A DNA stretch of 63,984 nt, the filler included. It is 4 parts of 4 records of this genome, joined end to end, with 100 filler letters (N's around TTAATTAATTAA, not from the genome) between each part and the next. Parts side by side here need not be neighbours in the genome. Positions count along the whole stretch, not along the records: positions 34,270 to 63,984 come from SRR31156797_5291; 3 more parts are not named here. One strand, 5' to 3'. Made by a program: the position numbers and the translations under genes. Under the pieces are notes generated by a model. That model worked only from the letters and a program-made list of their open reading frames with translations. It was not told the origin of the DNA and ran no database searches. Below are positions 48,619 to 59,240 of the stretch, in pieces. Each line of letters begins with the position of its first letter. Position 1 is the first letter of the stretch.

Positions 48619-50964
48619 ATGGTCAAAAACGATTTACAACAAAAACATGATGCGGCCCAAAAACGTATCGCGGAGCTGGAAGAACGTCTGAAAGTCATAA
48701 AGAAGGAACAGGAGGAATCTCTTCATCCGCTTGTTTTTAATAAAGCCCCCGGAGGCATGGCTGTTATATCTCTGACAGGCGACATCATCGCGTGTAACAA
48801 CGAAGCCGCAACGATTATGGGGTGTACTCCTACCGATCTTCAGGGAAATGACACAGGGACCTTCTACAGTAACCTTGCTGACAGAGAATTGCTAAGAAGC
48901 CGCATCAGACAAAATAAAGCTATCAGAGATCATCACCTTTCGCTGACCCGCGTTGACGGAAAATCCATATGGGTCAGCGTCAATGCAAGACCTATTGAAT
49001 ACGCTGGCGAAACTGCAGCATTGGCCTCTTTTTTTGACATAACGGAACACCGGCAGGCCCTTAAGGAAATCAAACTCGCAGAAATCCGCTTCGAAGCTCT
49101 GTACACCATTTCCGAGATGACGCACCGGCCCGAATCGGAGATCCTCACCTTTGCACTAGAAGCAATCACTAAAGTGTCTGCAAGCGACATCGGGTGCATC
49201 TATTTCCTCAACAATGAAGAAACGGAGTTAACACTCCATGCATGGTCCACATCCGTCATGGAACAATGTGCAGTCGAACAAAATCTACAACCAGATCCTG
49301 TGACCAAAGTTGGAATGTGGACTGATGCAGTCAGACAGCGCAAAGCCATCATCGTCAACGACTACCAAAGCCATCCTGGGGGAAAAAGATACCCCGAAGG
49401 GCACATCGCCATCAGGAATTATGCAAATATTCCGGTATTCGATGAAGGCCGCATTGTCATGCTTGCCGGAGTTGGCAACAAAGATTCTGACTATGACGAC
49501 GATGACATCCGTCAGGTGCGACTTGTCATGGACGGAATCTGGCGTATCATCCAGCGTCGTCGATCCAATGCTGAACTGGAAAAAGCTCATGAAGAATTGG
49601 AAGAAAAAGTTAATCGTCGAACAACCAAACTGGAAGAAGCCAATCAGGCACTCGCAATCCTGAATCTTGACCTTGTCAAAAAGGACCGGGAAAGAGAACA
49701 GGCAAAACAGGCCCTGATTCGTTATGAACGCATCGTTGCGACCACGCCTGACCTTATCTCCCTGGTTGATCGAAACGGCGTATATAAAATCGTCAATGAC
49801 TCCTACCTCAAGATGTTCAAGAAAGAACGGAAAGACATCATTGGCAAAAGCATCAAGGAATTGGTCGGTCCCGAAGTTTATGAACAGATCTCCAAGGCCA
49901 ATATTGACAAGGCATTGGCTGGTAAAACCGCCAAAGTAGAATCCTGGCTCGATTTACCCGCAGCTGGCAGACGATATATGGCTGTAACGTACCATCCCGT
50001 ATCCATGGACGGAAAGAGTATCGACTACATCTCTATCGAAGCCCGCGACATGACTGAACTCAAGTCCAACGAAGAGGCTCTCCGCGTCGTTGCAGACAGG
50101 CTGGCTCTAGCCACGAATGCCGGCAACATCGGCATTTGGGAATGGGACCTCGCCAATGATGACCTTCATTGGGATCAAAAAATGATGGAGTTATATAACG
50201 TCGAGCCGGATGAATTCAGCGGAATGTACGAAGCGTGGAAATCCCGTGTTCACCCCGAAGATCTCGTAGAAGCAGAACGACAACTGGCTACCTGCATAGA
50301 ACAAAAGGGGCATATCGATTTTGAATTCAGAATAATTCACCCTGACAAGAGTATCCATGTCATCCAGACTGCTGGCCTTATCCAAACGGATAGTCAGGGT
50401 ATTCCTCAACGCATGATCGGGGTAAACAGGGATATCACCAAGCAACGTCGAATGGAAAACGAACTGCGTAGGCTGGCTTCAACCGATCCGCTGACGGAAG
50501 CACACAACCGACGATATTTCATGGAACGCCTGACCGCCGAGTTTGAACGATGCAAAAGATATAACACTTCGATGGTCTTACTATCTCTAGATATTGATCA
50601 TTTTAAAAGGATCAATGACACATACGGGCACCCTGCTGGCGATGATATCCTCAAAGCTCTGGTCACTCGATGTAAACTCACTTTACGCACTACTGACGTC
50701 TTCGGCAGGGTCGGTGGGGAAGAGTTTATGGCCGCGTTGACTCAAACAAACATCGTTGCTGGCGAAAAAACCGCTGAAAGACTCCGGGAATTGATCGAAC
50801 AGGAAAAGATACAAACACATGACCATTCTATTTCATACACCATCAGCATCGGAATAACAGAAATTCACAAAGAAGATCAGACTATCGAAACGTTACTCAA
50901 ACGAGCAGATGACGCCCTGTACAAAGCTAAAAACAGCGGTCGAAACAGGTGCGTAGTAATTTAA
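48619..50964 (+). CDS. PAS-GAF-PAS-PAS diguanylate cyclase
   Basis: TDPLTEAHNRR, DIDHFKRINDTYGHPAGD and RVGGEEF. Confidence 0.93.
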   Translation: MVKNDLQQKHDAAQKRIAELEERLKVIKKEQEESLHPLVFNKAPGGMAVISLTGDIIACNNEAATIMGCTPTDLQGNDTGTFYSNLADRELLRSRIRQNKAIRDHHLSLTRVDGKSIWVSVNARPIEYAGETAALASFFDITEHRQALKEIKLAEIRFEALYTISEMTHRPESEILTFALEAITKVSASDIGCIYFLNNEETELTLHAWSTSVMEQCAVEQNLQPDPVTKVGMWTDAVRQRKAIIVNDYQSHPGGKRYPEGHIAIRNYANIPVFDEGRIVMLAGVGNKDSDYDDDDIRQVRLVMDGIWRIIQRRRSNAELEKAHEELEEKVNRRTTKLEEANQALAILNLDLVKKDREREQAKQALIRYERIVATTPDLISLVDRNGVYKIVNDSYLKMFKKERKDIIGKSIKELVGPEVYEQISKANIDKALAGKTAKVESWLDLPAAGRRYMAVTYHPVSMDGKSIDYISIEARDMTELKSNEEALRVVADRLALATNAGNIGIWEWDLANDDLHWDQKMMELYNVEPDEFSGMYEAWKSRVHPEDLVEAERQLATCIEQKGHIDFEFRIIHPDKSIHVIQTAGLIQTDSQGIPQRMIGVNRDITKQRRMENELRRLASTDPLTEAHNRRYFMERLTAEFERCKRYNTSMVLLSLDIDHFKRINDTYGHPAGDDILKALVTRCKLTLRTTDVFGRVGGEEFMAALTQTNIVAGEKTAERLRELIEQEKIQTHDHSISYTISIGITEIHKEDQTIETLLKRADDALYKAKNSGRNRCVVI

Positions 50965-51062
50965 TAAATCTGCTCTTGATAGCAACTTGACTCATGCACC
51001 CTGACTCGCATATTTTTATAAATAGAGGAATTTCATCCAGCACAGACAATACGAGGTGATCC

Positions 51063-52751
51063 ATGGCTCCGCTGTTCAAAGACGATACCAAGGACGACTG
51101 GTTCCTGCCTGCCGATGTTCGCAAGCAATTGACCGAAACATTCAAGACACTCCAAGGCACTGTATCACTGGAAGTTTTTACCCAATCCGGGGTAAACGAC
51201 GAATTCTCTGACTACACAGCCAAATTCTGCTGGGATCTGGCTCGATTAACCGACAAAATATTGGTCACTGGTTATGAACTGGATTCCGACCGCGCCAAAT
51301 CACTTGGAATAACTGCTTCTCCCACCCTGTGCGTCAATCCCGACGATTACCATATTCGCTTTCTAGGTGCGCCCATCGGCGAGGAAGGAAAAGCCTTCAT
51401 CACTGCTATAATGCTCACCTCGCTGGGCAAAAGCGGCCTGTCTGACATGTCCACCCCGCTTCTTGAACAACTCAAGGACGAACGCCTGATTCAAGTCTTT
51501 GTCGCGCCAACCTGACCGTATTGTCCCGGACAGGTCATGTCCGCTATCAAGTGTGCAATAGCCAAGCCCGGCCAGATCAAGGCCGAGTGCATCGAAATGA
51601 ATGAAAACCCGGAAATCACTGAGCACTATGGCGTCGGTTCTGTCCCACATACTTTCTTCAACGAGGGTGCTTATGATGTCATGGGACTCTTGCCGGAAGA
51701 ACGATTCGTGGTGGAAATGGTTTATCTCAAATCCGCAGAGGACATGCTCGCCGAAGGCAGTCTTCCCGGCATGGAAGAAGGCAAAACTCCATCTGGATAC
51801 GGAACCATTGAACCCGGCGAAGTCGACCTCGTCATCGTTGGCGCAGGTCCCGCTGGATTGACCGCAGGCATTTACGCAGTCCGGGCAGGCCTCAAGTCCG
51901 TAGTACTGGAAAAACACATCGTCGGTGGTCAGGTCGCATTGACACCAGTCGTCGAAAATTACCCCGGCTTTGTTTCTGTTCCCGGCAAACAACTCATGGA
52001 TATCATGAGTGAACACGCCCGCGAATACGTCCCGGTACATGAAGGAGAAAGCGTTGACGCCATCCAAATGGGAGATCTGGAAAAAGGCGAAACCATCATT
52101 GTGACAACCAGTCGAGGTGTATACTCCGCCAAAGCTCTCATTCTGACAACTGGTGCGACATACCGCAAACTTGGTGCTGTGGGTGAAGATACATATTTTG
52201 GCCGTGGCATCAATTATTGCGCCTCCTGCGACGGGTATCTCTACAAGGGAAAATCCGTAGCCATTATCGGCGGCGGCAATACAGCTCTGACCGATGCCCT
52301 CCACCTTAAAAATCTTGGCGTCAACGTCACTCTTATCCATCGAGGCGACACCTTCCGCGCACAGAAACCTCTCCAGGATTCCGTCAATCATGAGCAAATT
52401 CCCATTCTCTGGAACACCGTTGTCGAAGAAATCGAAGGTGACGGGCGACGGGTGAACAATCTCAAGATTCGGAATCTCATGACACGCGCGGTGACCGACA
52501 TGCCGGTGGACGGTGCATTCGTCGCTATCGGACAGGAAGCCTCTACCGAGCTGGCACAATCGCTTGGCGTGAAACTCAGAGAAGACGGCTTCGTCAAAGT
52601 CGAATCCGACATGCGCACCAACCTGCCGCGTGTTTATGCCGCCGGAGACCTTACAGGAGGCTTGCAACAAATCGTCACGGCCATTGGCGAAGGGTCCATC
52701 GCAGCCATGTCGGCTTTTGAAGATATAAGTCATCCATACTGGAAAAAATGA
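51063..52751 (+). CDS. Selenoprotein AhpF-like thioredoxin-fold plus thioredoxin reductase fusion (UGA at 51513-51515 read as Sec)
   Basis: Two track ORFs are in frame across one TGA, giving VAPT-U-PYC (UxxC). The C-terminal TrxR has GAGPAG, CASCD and GGGNTA. A SECIS and selC are both present. Confidence 0.9.
51527..51543 (+). promoter_or_regulatory. Bacterial SECIS hairpin
   Basis: CGGACA-GGTCA-TGTCCG starts 11 nt after the in-frame UGA and has a G-starting loop. Confidence 0.8.
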
Positions 52752-52849
52752 TCAATAGCGCCAACAACAGGCGGAATTGACAGGGAGGCATGGGCTGGAA
52801 TAGGGTTTTCACCGTTAAAAATGAAAACTTCAGGACCATTGTTGCCACC

Positions 52850-53623
52850 ATGCAAATACGTACTCTGATAGTCGACGACGAGGCCCCGGCCCGCAACGAG
52901 TTAGCCTACCTGCTGGCCAGCTTTCCCGATCTCGACATTCAGGAGGCACAAACCGCTGGCGAAGCACTGACGGCCATCCGTAATGAATCACCGGACCTCG
53001 TATTCATGGACATCCAGATGCCGGGCCACGATGGGTTTGATGTGTTGCGCGAGGCTCGATATCTACCAAACCCTCCTTTGTTCATTTTTGTAACCGCCTA
53101 CGATCAATACGCGGTCCGGGCCTTTGAGAAAAATGCCGTGGACTATCTCCTCAAACCCGTTTCAGCCAAACGACTCAAAAAAAGCGTTGAACGAGTCCGC
53201 GAGATACTCGAAAAACAGGACAAGGCAACCGATCCCCAGCCAGAATTGGGCAATCTGCTCAAGACAGTTTCCAGCGACCGCCCTCTCCCCCGCTTCACGG
53301 TGGAGCGAAATGGTCGCATTCAATTCATCGATTTTACAGACATAGTCTACTTTGAATTGCAGGACCGCAAAATCATGGTCAACACGCTCGACGAAAGCCT
53401 CCTTTGCCACGCCCTGACATCTCTTGACGAGGTAGAGGAACGGGTCGCTTCACAACCTTTCCTGCGTATCAATCGCAGCACCGTGGTCAACTTGAATCAC
53501 GTCCGGGAATTCACACCGTGGACCGGCGGCAAATACTGCCTTATCCTTGACGATGACGGCTCCACAGAAGTCACCTTGAGCCGAGGTCGCGTCAAGGAAT
53601 TCAAAAAACGACTCGGCTTATAA
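52850..53623 (+). CDS. LytTR-family response regulator (BtsR/YpdB-like)
   Basis: IVDDE, FMDIQMP, VTAYDQYA, DYLLKP and FLRINRS. Confidence 0.92.
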   Translation: MQIRTLIVDDEAPARNELAYLLASFPDLDIQEAQTAGEALTAIRNESPDLVFMDIQMPGHDGFDVLREARYLPNPPLFIFVTAYDQYAVRAFEKNAVDYLLKPVSAKRLKKSVERVREILEKQDKATDPQPELGNLLKTVSSDRPLPRFTVERNGRIQFIDFTDIVYFELQDRKIMVNTLDESLLCHALTSLDEVEERVASQPFLRINRSTVVNLNHVREFTPWTGGKYCLILDDDGSTEVTLSRGRVKEFKKRLGL

Positions 53624-53644
53624 ACCGCCTGCCACCGGGACATC

Positions 53645-55363
53645 ATGTTTGAACACATTCTCGATCTTCTGGTCACACTGATTGGCCGATTCGGTGCCAT
53701 GATGGCCATCGGCCTGTTCGTATTGACGTTGTCTCCACTCGGCAAGCTCGGCGTAAACCGTCGCCCTGAAAAAAAATATCGAATCATGCTGGCTGTCTTG
53801 TTTGGTATGCTGGGCATCATGGGAACCTATAGCGGCGACATCGTTTTCGATTCATATGCCAACCTACGTGGTGTCTACGTTATCACCGGCGGACTGCTCG
53901 GCGGTCCGATTGTCGGTTTTGGAGCGGGGCTGATCGCCGGAGGACATCGATTGCTTATCGATATCGGCGGATTCAGCTCCATCCCCTGCGGGTTAGCGAC
54001 CTTCCTTGAAGGCATTATAGCTGGCTATGCATCCACCCACCTCAAGGGCAACAACCTCAACTGGCGGGCTGCGCTCTTTGTTGGTCTGGGGGGTGAAACC
54101 ATGCACCAGTTGATGGTCCTGACCATGGCCAAGCCGTTTGATCAGGCCGTTGATCTGGTCAAAGTCATCGCCCTGCCAATGATCGCAGTAAACACATTCG
54201 GCGCGGTATTGTTCGTGCAGACCCTGCACCTGCTGTTTGAATACCGAAGCAAACGCGATTCCAGCCGTATCAGCCAAATCATGGCCATTGCCAACAAAAC
54301 CGTGGCTCACCTTCGGTCCGGTTTGGATGAAGCCTCTGCATTGGAAACCGCCCGTATTATCTGGGAACGTGTTCCTGTCGCCGCCGTTGACATCGCCAGC
54401 AACACCAAAGTCCTGACGCATCTGGGAATTGGCGACGACCACCATCTCCCCGGCGAACCTTTAAGAACCACCGCCACCAAAAAAGTGCTCCTGTCAGGCA
54501 AACCCGTCTTTCTTCGCTCCAAAGAGGCTATTGGATGTGATGATCCGAACTGCCCACTCACATCGGCCGTCATTGTCCCCATGCGTAAAGGGAATCGCAT
54601 TGTAGGTTGTCTCAAATTTTACGGAACCGACGGTATTCCACTCCACACCACCCATTTTGAATTGGCAAAAGGCCTTGCAGGACTTTTTTCCACCCAACTC
54701 GAATTGCAGGAGATCCAAACAAAAAACCAACTGCTCGCCAAAGCGGAAATTCGACGGTTACAAACCCAGATCAACCCACATTTTCTGTTTAACGCCCTGA
54801 ATACCATCGGCGCATTCTGTCGTACCAAACCGGAACGGGCACGCTCGCTTCTGTCCGAACTGGCAATGTATATGCGCCGCAATCTTGATGCGGGAGACGG
54901 TTTCGCACCCATTGGTTCGGAATTGGAACAGGTCCGTTCCTATCTGGAGATTGAACAGGCCAGATTCGGTGACCGGGTGAAAAGTGAATGGAATCTGGAC
55001 GACGGCGTAGAAGACATCGAAGTTCCAACCCTGATTATCCAGCCATTAGTGGAAAACAGCGTCAAGCATGGCATTCTGGGCCGCGATGAAGGGGGAACCA
55101 TCAGCATCAACATCGGACGGGACAACGGTCTCGTGCATGTCCACATCGAAGACGACGGCATAGGCATGGATGAAGGCACTCTATGGAGTGTCCTGAACAG
55201 CGAAAATGAATTCTCCGGTGAAGACCACATCGGCGTACGCAACTGCAACCAGCGACTGGAGCAAATTTACGGACCGTCACATATGCTCTCCATCATCAGT
55301 CATCCAGGCAAAGGAACCCGCGTTTCCTTCACCATTCCTCACGTCGAGACTGCCGCAGCTTGA
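53645..55363 (+). CDS. LytS/YehU-family sensor histidine kinase
   Basis: 5TM-5TMR_LYT domain, GAF, LQTQINPHFLFNALNTI, QPLVENSVKHG and HIGVRN. Confidence 0.93.
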   Translation: MFEHILDLLVTLIGRFGAMMAIGLFVLTLSPLGKLGVNRRPEKKYRIMLAVLFGMLGIMGTYSGDIVFDSYANLRGVYVITGGLLGGPIVGFGAGLIAGGHRLLIDIGGFSSIPCGLATFLEGIIAGYASTHLKGNNLNWRAALFVGLGGETMHQLMVLTMAKPFDQAVDLVKVIALPMIAVNTFGAVLFVQTLHLLFEYRSKRDSSRISQIMAIANKTVAHLRSGLDEASALETARIIWERVPVAAVDIASNTKVLTHLGIGDDHHLPGEPLRTTATKKVLLSGKPVFLRSKEAIGCDDPNCPLTSAVIVPMRKGNRIVGCLKFYGTDGIPLHTTHFELAKGLAGLFSTQLELQEIQTKNQLLAKAEIRRLQTQINPHFLFNALNTIGAFCRTKPERARSLLSELAMYMRRNLDAGDGFAPIGSELEQVRSYLEIEQARFGDRVKSEWNLDDGVEDIEVPTLIIQPLVENSVKHGILGRDEGGTISINIGRDNGLVHVHIEDDGIGMDEGTLWSVLNSENEFSGEDHIGVRNCNQRLEQIYGPSHMLSIISHPGKGTRVSFTIPHVETAAA

Positions 55364-55370
55364 TCCCTAT

Positions 55371-55399
55371 GCACCTCAGGCACTCATTTTGACCATTCA
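55371..55399 (+). promoter_or_regulatory. Candidate LytTR-binding direct repeat upstream of cstA
   Basis: GCACCTCA-N13-ACCATTCA, a 21-bp period typical of LytTR sites. Confidence 0.4.
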
Positions 55400-55554
55400 C
55401 GCCTGAAAAATGCAATTACCGCCCAGACTCAGGACATCCATTATTCTCCTATAGTACTTGAACCCCATTGTCATAAAGGGGGCGTGTTTCAACGCGCCAA
55501 ATCCCGGACTGGGGGGTCTGGGAAACAGCTCAACCGATTCACAAGGAGAGGTCT

Positions 55555-57291
55555 ATGGATGCCATGCTCATGATGCTGGTGGCCTTTGGCGGATACATCA
55601 TAATGTATCGCCTGTATGGTCGTTACATCGGAAAGAAAATTTTCGCTCTATCGGGTGCCAATCCGGTCCCGTCCGTAGAAATGGAAGACGGGGTCGACTA
55701 CGTCCCGACCAAAAAAGAAATCATTTTTGGACATCACTTCACATCCATCGCAGGCACCGGTCCCATTGTCGGTCCCGCCATCGCGGTCATCTGGGGCTGG
55801 GTCCCGGCTATGATCTGGATTTTTGTCGGTTCCATCATGATGGGTGCAGTGCATGACTTCGGTGCGCTGATCCTGTCCATGCGCAACCAGGGCAAATCAG
55901 TATCTGAAATTACATCAAAATATATCAACCCGCGCACCAAATTGTTCTTCTTCATCGTCGTATTCCTTGACCTGCTCATCATCACTGCCATCTTCGGTCT
56001 GGTCATCGCGGTTATCTTCAACATGTTCCCGGCATCAGTCCTGCCTGTATGGCTGGAAGTACCCATCGCCATGGTGCTCGGTTACATCATCTACAAACGC
56101 GGCGGCAACGCCATGACTTGGTCGATCATCGCCTTGATCGCCATGTACGTGACCGTCGTCATCGGTGTGTACGCTCCAATCAAAATGCCCATGATTGGTG
56201 GCATGCCGCCTACCGGCACATGGACCATTCTTTTGCTCATCTATGCCTTTATCGCATCCACGCTGCCTGTGACCACGCTGTTGCAACCACGTGATTTCAT
56301 CAACTCTCATCAGCTCATCGTGGCTCTGGCCCTGATGGTTGTCGGCGTATTTGCCGCGACCTTCTCTGGTGCCCAGCTTCACATCATTGCTCCGGCTGTA
56401 CAGGCTGCTCCTGAAGGTGCACCGCCGATGCTGCCCTTCCTGTTCATTACCATTGCCTGCGGTGCCATCTCCGGTTTCCACTCTCTGGTCTCCTCAGGCA
56501 CCACAGCCAAACAGGTCTCCAATGAAGAAGACGCCCTGTTTGTCGGTTATGGTTCCATGCTGACGGAAGCTACTCTGTCCACACTGGTCATCGTGGCCGT
56601 GGCAGCCGGCATCGGTCTCGGCTATAATACCGCCGACGGTGCGACCCTGACAGGCATCGACGCATGGTCATCCCACTATTCCTCATGGGCAGCAGCCAAA
56701 GGATTGGGTTCCAAAGTTGCAGCCTTTGTTTACGGCGCAGCCAACATGATCGAAGCAGCCGGCATTCCTCACAGCGTCGCCCTGGCCGTCATGGGTGTAT
56801 TCGTGGCCTCTTTTGCCGGTACCACCATGGACACCGCTACCCGTATCGAGCGCTATGCTCTGACCGAACTGTTCAGCGGCACTCCCATCAAGATCTTCAA
56901 TAACAAGTACGTATCCACTGCCGTAGCCGTCTTCCTGGCCGGTTGTTTGGCTTTCTCGTCCGGTGGTAACGGCAAGGGCGCTCTGGCTCTGTGGCCCCTA
57001 TTCGGTTGCATCAACCAAATTCTGGCCGCGCTCGTCCTGACCACTGTCACCGTGTACCTTAAAGGGCGTGGTGGACTGAGTTGGCTCATTTCCGGTATTC
57101 CCGCCATATTCCTTGGCGCAATGACCGTATGGGCCATCCTCATCAATCAGGGCATGTACATGGATAAAGGCAACATTCTGTTGCAGTCTCTGAACCTGCT
57201 TGTACTGGCAGTTTCCATCTGGGTCGTTGGCGAAGGACTGATCAAGTTCTTCAAGACCGACGCCTCCACTCCGGCAACTGGCACGCCGTAA
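55555..57291 (+). CDS. cstA: Carbon starvation protein A family transporter
   Basis: DGVDYVPT, GHHFTSIAGTGPIVGP, LLQPRD and ITIACGAISGFH. Confidence 0.93.
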   Translation: MDAMLMMLVAFGGYIIMYRLYGRYIGKKIFALSGANPVPSVEMEDGVDYVPTKKEIIFGHHFTSIAGTGPIVGPAIAVIWGWVPAMIWIFVGSIMMGAVHDFGALILSMRNQGKSVSEITSKYINPRTKLFFFIVVFLDLLIITAIFGLVIAVIFNMFPASVLPVWLEVPIAMVLGYIIYKRGGNAMTWSIIALIAMYVTVVIGVYAPIKMPMIGGMPPTGTWTILLLIYAFIASTLPVTTLLQPRDFINSHQLIVALALMVVGVFAATFSGAQLHIIAPAVQAAPEGAPPMLPFLFITIACGAISGFHSLVSSGTTAKQVSNEEDALFVGYGSMLTEATLSTLVIVAVAAGIGLGYNTADGATLTGIDAWSSHYSSWAAAKGLGSKVAAFVYGAANMIEAAGIPHSVALAVMGVFVASFAGTTMDTATRIERYALTELFSGTPIKIFNNKYVSTAVAVFLAGCLAFSSGGNGKGALALWPLFGCINQILAALVLTTVTVYLKGRGGLSWLISGIPAIFLGAMTVWAILINQGMYMDKGNILLQSLNLLVLAVSIWVVGEGLIKFFKTDASTPATGTP

Positions 57292-57347
57292 AAACCATCA
57301 TCCCCCCGGTCGGACACACGTTCGGCCGGGGCTCATGAGGATTCACC

Positions 57348-57815
57348 ATGGCTTACGCACCGGATCACACTCCCCTGCGAAAAACACTTTTTCGCCGTTA
57401 CCTGATGATGCTTGTTCCTGCACTCATCATTTTCGGCATTTGGGCTGCCTGCCGACAGGCCGGGCTGGCCCCGCAGATGCCAAACAATACAGCGGCCATC
57501 ATCGGTCCCATCGTCTTCATCGCGGCAATCGCTCTGGCCGTGGCGCTTCCCCTACTCTACAGGGTCCGTTTCGTCCGCTCGGTTGAAGGACAAAAAAACG
57601 TCGAGGCAGCACCCTTCCGTGCATTTCAGTTAAACCTCATGACCATTGCGCTGGTTGCACCCTTTGCCGCAGCCATCGGCTATGTAACAGGAGTCACCAT
57701 CTTCCATTTCGCTGGAGCATTTCTGGCTTCATTGTACGCCGTGTATTATTATTTCCCGTCAGAAAAACGAATTACGCAGGAAATGCGTCTGTTCCGTGTA
57801 ACCGGTGATGCATAA
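57348..57815 (+). CDS. Four-TM hypothetical membrane protein
   Basis: Four hydrophobic segments, GAGGA SD, C-terminal YYYFPSEKRI. Confidence 0.75.
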   Translation: MAYAPDHTPLRKTLFRRYLMMLVPALIIFGIWAACRQAGLAPQMPNNTAAIIGPIVFIAAIALAVALPLLYRVRFVRSVEGQKNVEAAPFRAFQLNLMTIALVAPFAAAIGYVTGVTIFHFAGAFLASLYAVYYYFPSEKRITQEMRLFRVTGDA

Positions 57816-57820
57816 AAAAT

Positions 57821-58111
57821 ATGAAAAATCACTGCAAAAAAGCCATTGAGGCTATAAAAAAAGCATACCGTTTTGCAGACGAAGTACACCGTTGCAAGGC
57901 CACGGAACGGCTTGAATGGGAGACACGGGAACTGGAAAACATTTTCAGTCTGCTGACCCTTGGCGCATTTGTGGGCATGCAGGCCCCGCCCATGCATATC
58001 TCACTGGAACTCCTGCCGGAAATGGAACAGGAACTGACCATCATGACCAACCGCGTATGCACGGCCAACGACCCGCTGGCCGACCTCTTTTCCATGTTTG
58101 ACGCCTTTTAG
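57821..58111 (+). CDS. Small CstA/ArsA-associated protein (cory-CC-star-like, without the terminal CC)
   Basis: ELENIFSLLTLGAFVG..PP..ISLELLP motif; lies between cstA and arsA. Confidence 0.6.
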   Translation: MKNHCKKAIEAIKKAYRFADEVHRCKATERLEWETRELENIFSLLTLGAFVGMQAPPMHISLELLPEMEQELTIMTNRVCTANDPLADLFSMFDAF

Positions 58112-58123
58112 CCGGAGCCACCA

Positions 58124-59047
58124 ATGTCAAATCAACACTATTATTTCCACGCAGGCAAAGGCGGCGTCGGCAAATCCACCACATCCTCACTGTCTGCCTT
58201 GCATCTGGCCCGTACCGGCAAAAAGGTTTTGCTGGTTTCCCTTGATCCCGCGCACAACCAAGCTGACATCTTCGACACAAAGTTCACGGGCAAGCCTATA
58301 CAAGTCGCACCGAACCTGCGCGTTGCGCAGGCCGACATCGATGAATGGATCAAGCAATATCTCAAGGGTGTAGAAGACCAGATTCGGGCCAATTACGCGT
58401 ACCAGACTGCCTTCAATCTCGAAAAGCACCTCAACGTGGTCAAACATTCCCCCGGCATCGAGGAATACGCGCTCCTGCTTGCCTTTCAGCATTACCGCAA
58501 AAAATACACGGACGCGGACGTCATCGTCTTTGACATGCCGCCAACCGCCTTAACCACAAAATTTTTCAACCTGCCATCCCTGTCTCTGGTCTGGCTGGAA
58601 CAACTGTTGGCCCTGCGGTGCGAGATTCTGGAAAAGAAAAAGATCATCACCAAAATCCAGCTCGGCACCAAGGAAATCGAGTGTGACAAAATCACAACCA
58701 AACTCGACCAACAACAAAAATACTTCACTGAATTGCGTGCCATCTTTCAAGACTCGTCGCGCTGCTCGATCAATCTCGTGGTCAACCCGGACCGTCTTTC
58801 CTTTGCCGAGGCCGAACGCATTGACACCACTCTTGAGGAAATGGGTATGGGCCTATCCCGCATTATCATGAACAAAGTCGTTGAGAACAGTGAATGGGAT
58901 ACCTCATCACCACTCATGGCTCGACACGATGTCTGTCCTATCCCGCTTTCACCGACACAACTCATCGGCCAGCCTGCGCTGGACGCCTATCTTGTCGACC
59001 ACGACCAAAGCTTCGACTTTCTGGACAAGGAAATGCACGCGCGTTGA
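58124..59047 (+). CDS. Single-domain ArsA/GET3-family ATPase
   Basis: GKGGVGKST, VSLDPAH, PGIEE, FDMPPTA and NPDRLS. Confidence 0.9.
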   Translation: MSNQHYYFHAGKGGVGKSTTSSLSALHLARTGKKVLLVSLDPAHNQADIFDTKFTGKPIQVAPNLRVAQADIDEWIKQYLKGVEDQIRANYAYQTAFNLEKHLNVVKHSPGIEEYALLLAFQHYRKKYTDADVIVFDMPPTALTTKFFNLPSLSLVWLEQLLALRCEILEKKKIITKIQLGTKEIECDKITTKLDQQQKYFTELRAIFQDSSRCSINLVVNPDRLSFAEAERIDTTLEEMGMGLSRIIMNKVVENSEWDTSSPLMARHDVCPIPLSPTQLIGQPALDAYLVDHDQSFDFLDKEMHAR

Positions 59048-59142
59048 TTACCCGTAAAAAAACGGCCTGACTTGTTCGTAATTTCCTGACCAAACGCCAC
59101 TCCCGTCTTGACACTTGAAAACACGCGTGCTAGCTGTTTTTT

Positions 59143-59200
59143 TCGAAAAGTGACCAATGGTCACTTTTCGACCAAAGGTCACAATTTGACCGAAAGTCAC
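59143..59200. promoter_or_regulatory. Triple TetR-type operator (GTGACC-N3-GGTCAC-like sites at an 18-bp period)
   Basis: Perfect palindrome TCGAAAAGTGACCA-A-TGGTCACTTTTCGA at 59143-59171, with variants at 59168 and 59186; TTGACA at 59108. Confidence 0.75.
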
Positions 59201-59240
59201 TTTTTATCGTCAATAATATCGACAAACAAACGATACGGAC

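Noticed and set aside
51063-51515. Apparent nonsense-truncated pseudogene or two separate genes
   Set aside because: The UGA sits at a redox Cys position, with a SECIS and selC present, so Sec readthrough explains it better.
51363-52733. 456-aa minus-strand ORF
   Set aside because: It is an antisense shadow of the TrxR coding sequence with no recognisable motifs.
58124-59047. Arsenic-resistance operon
   Set aside because: The ArsA is single-domain with no arsB, acr3, arsC, arsR or arsD; the context is cstA.
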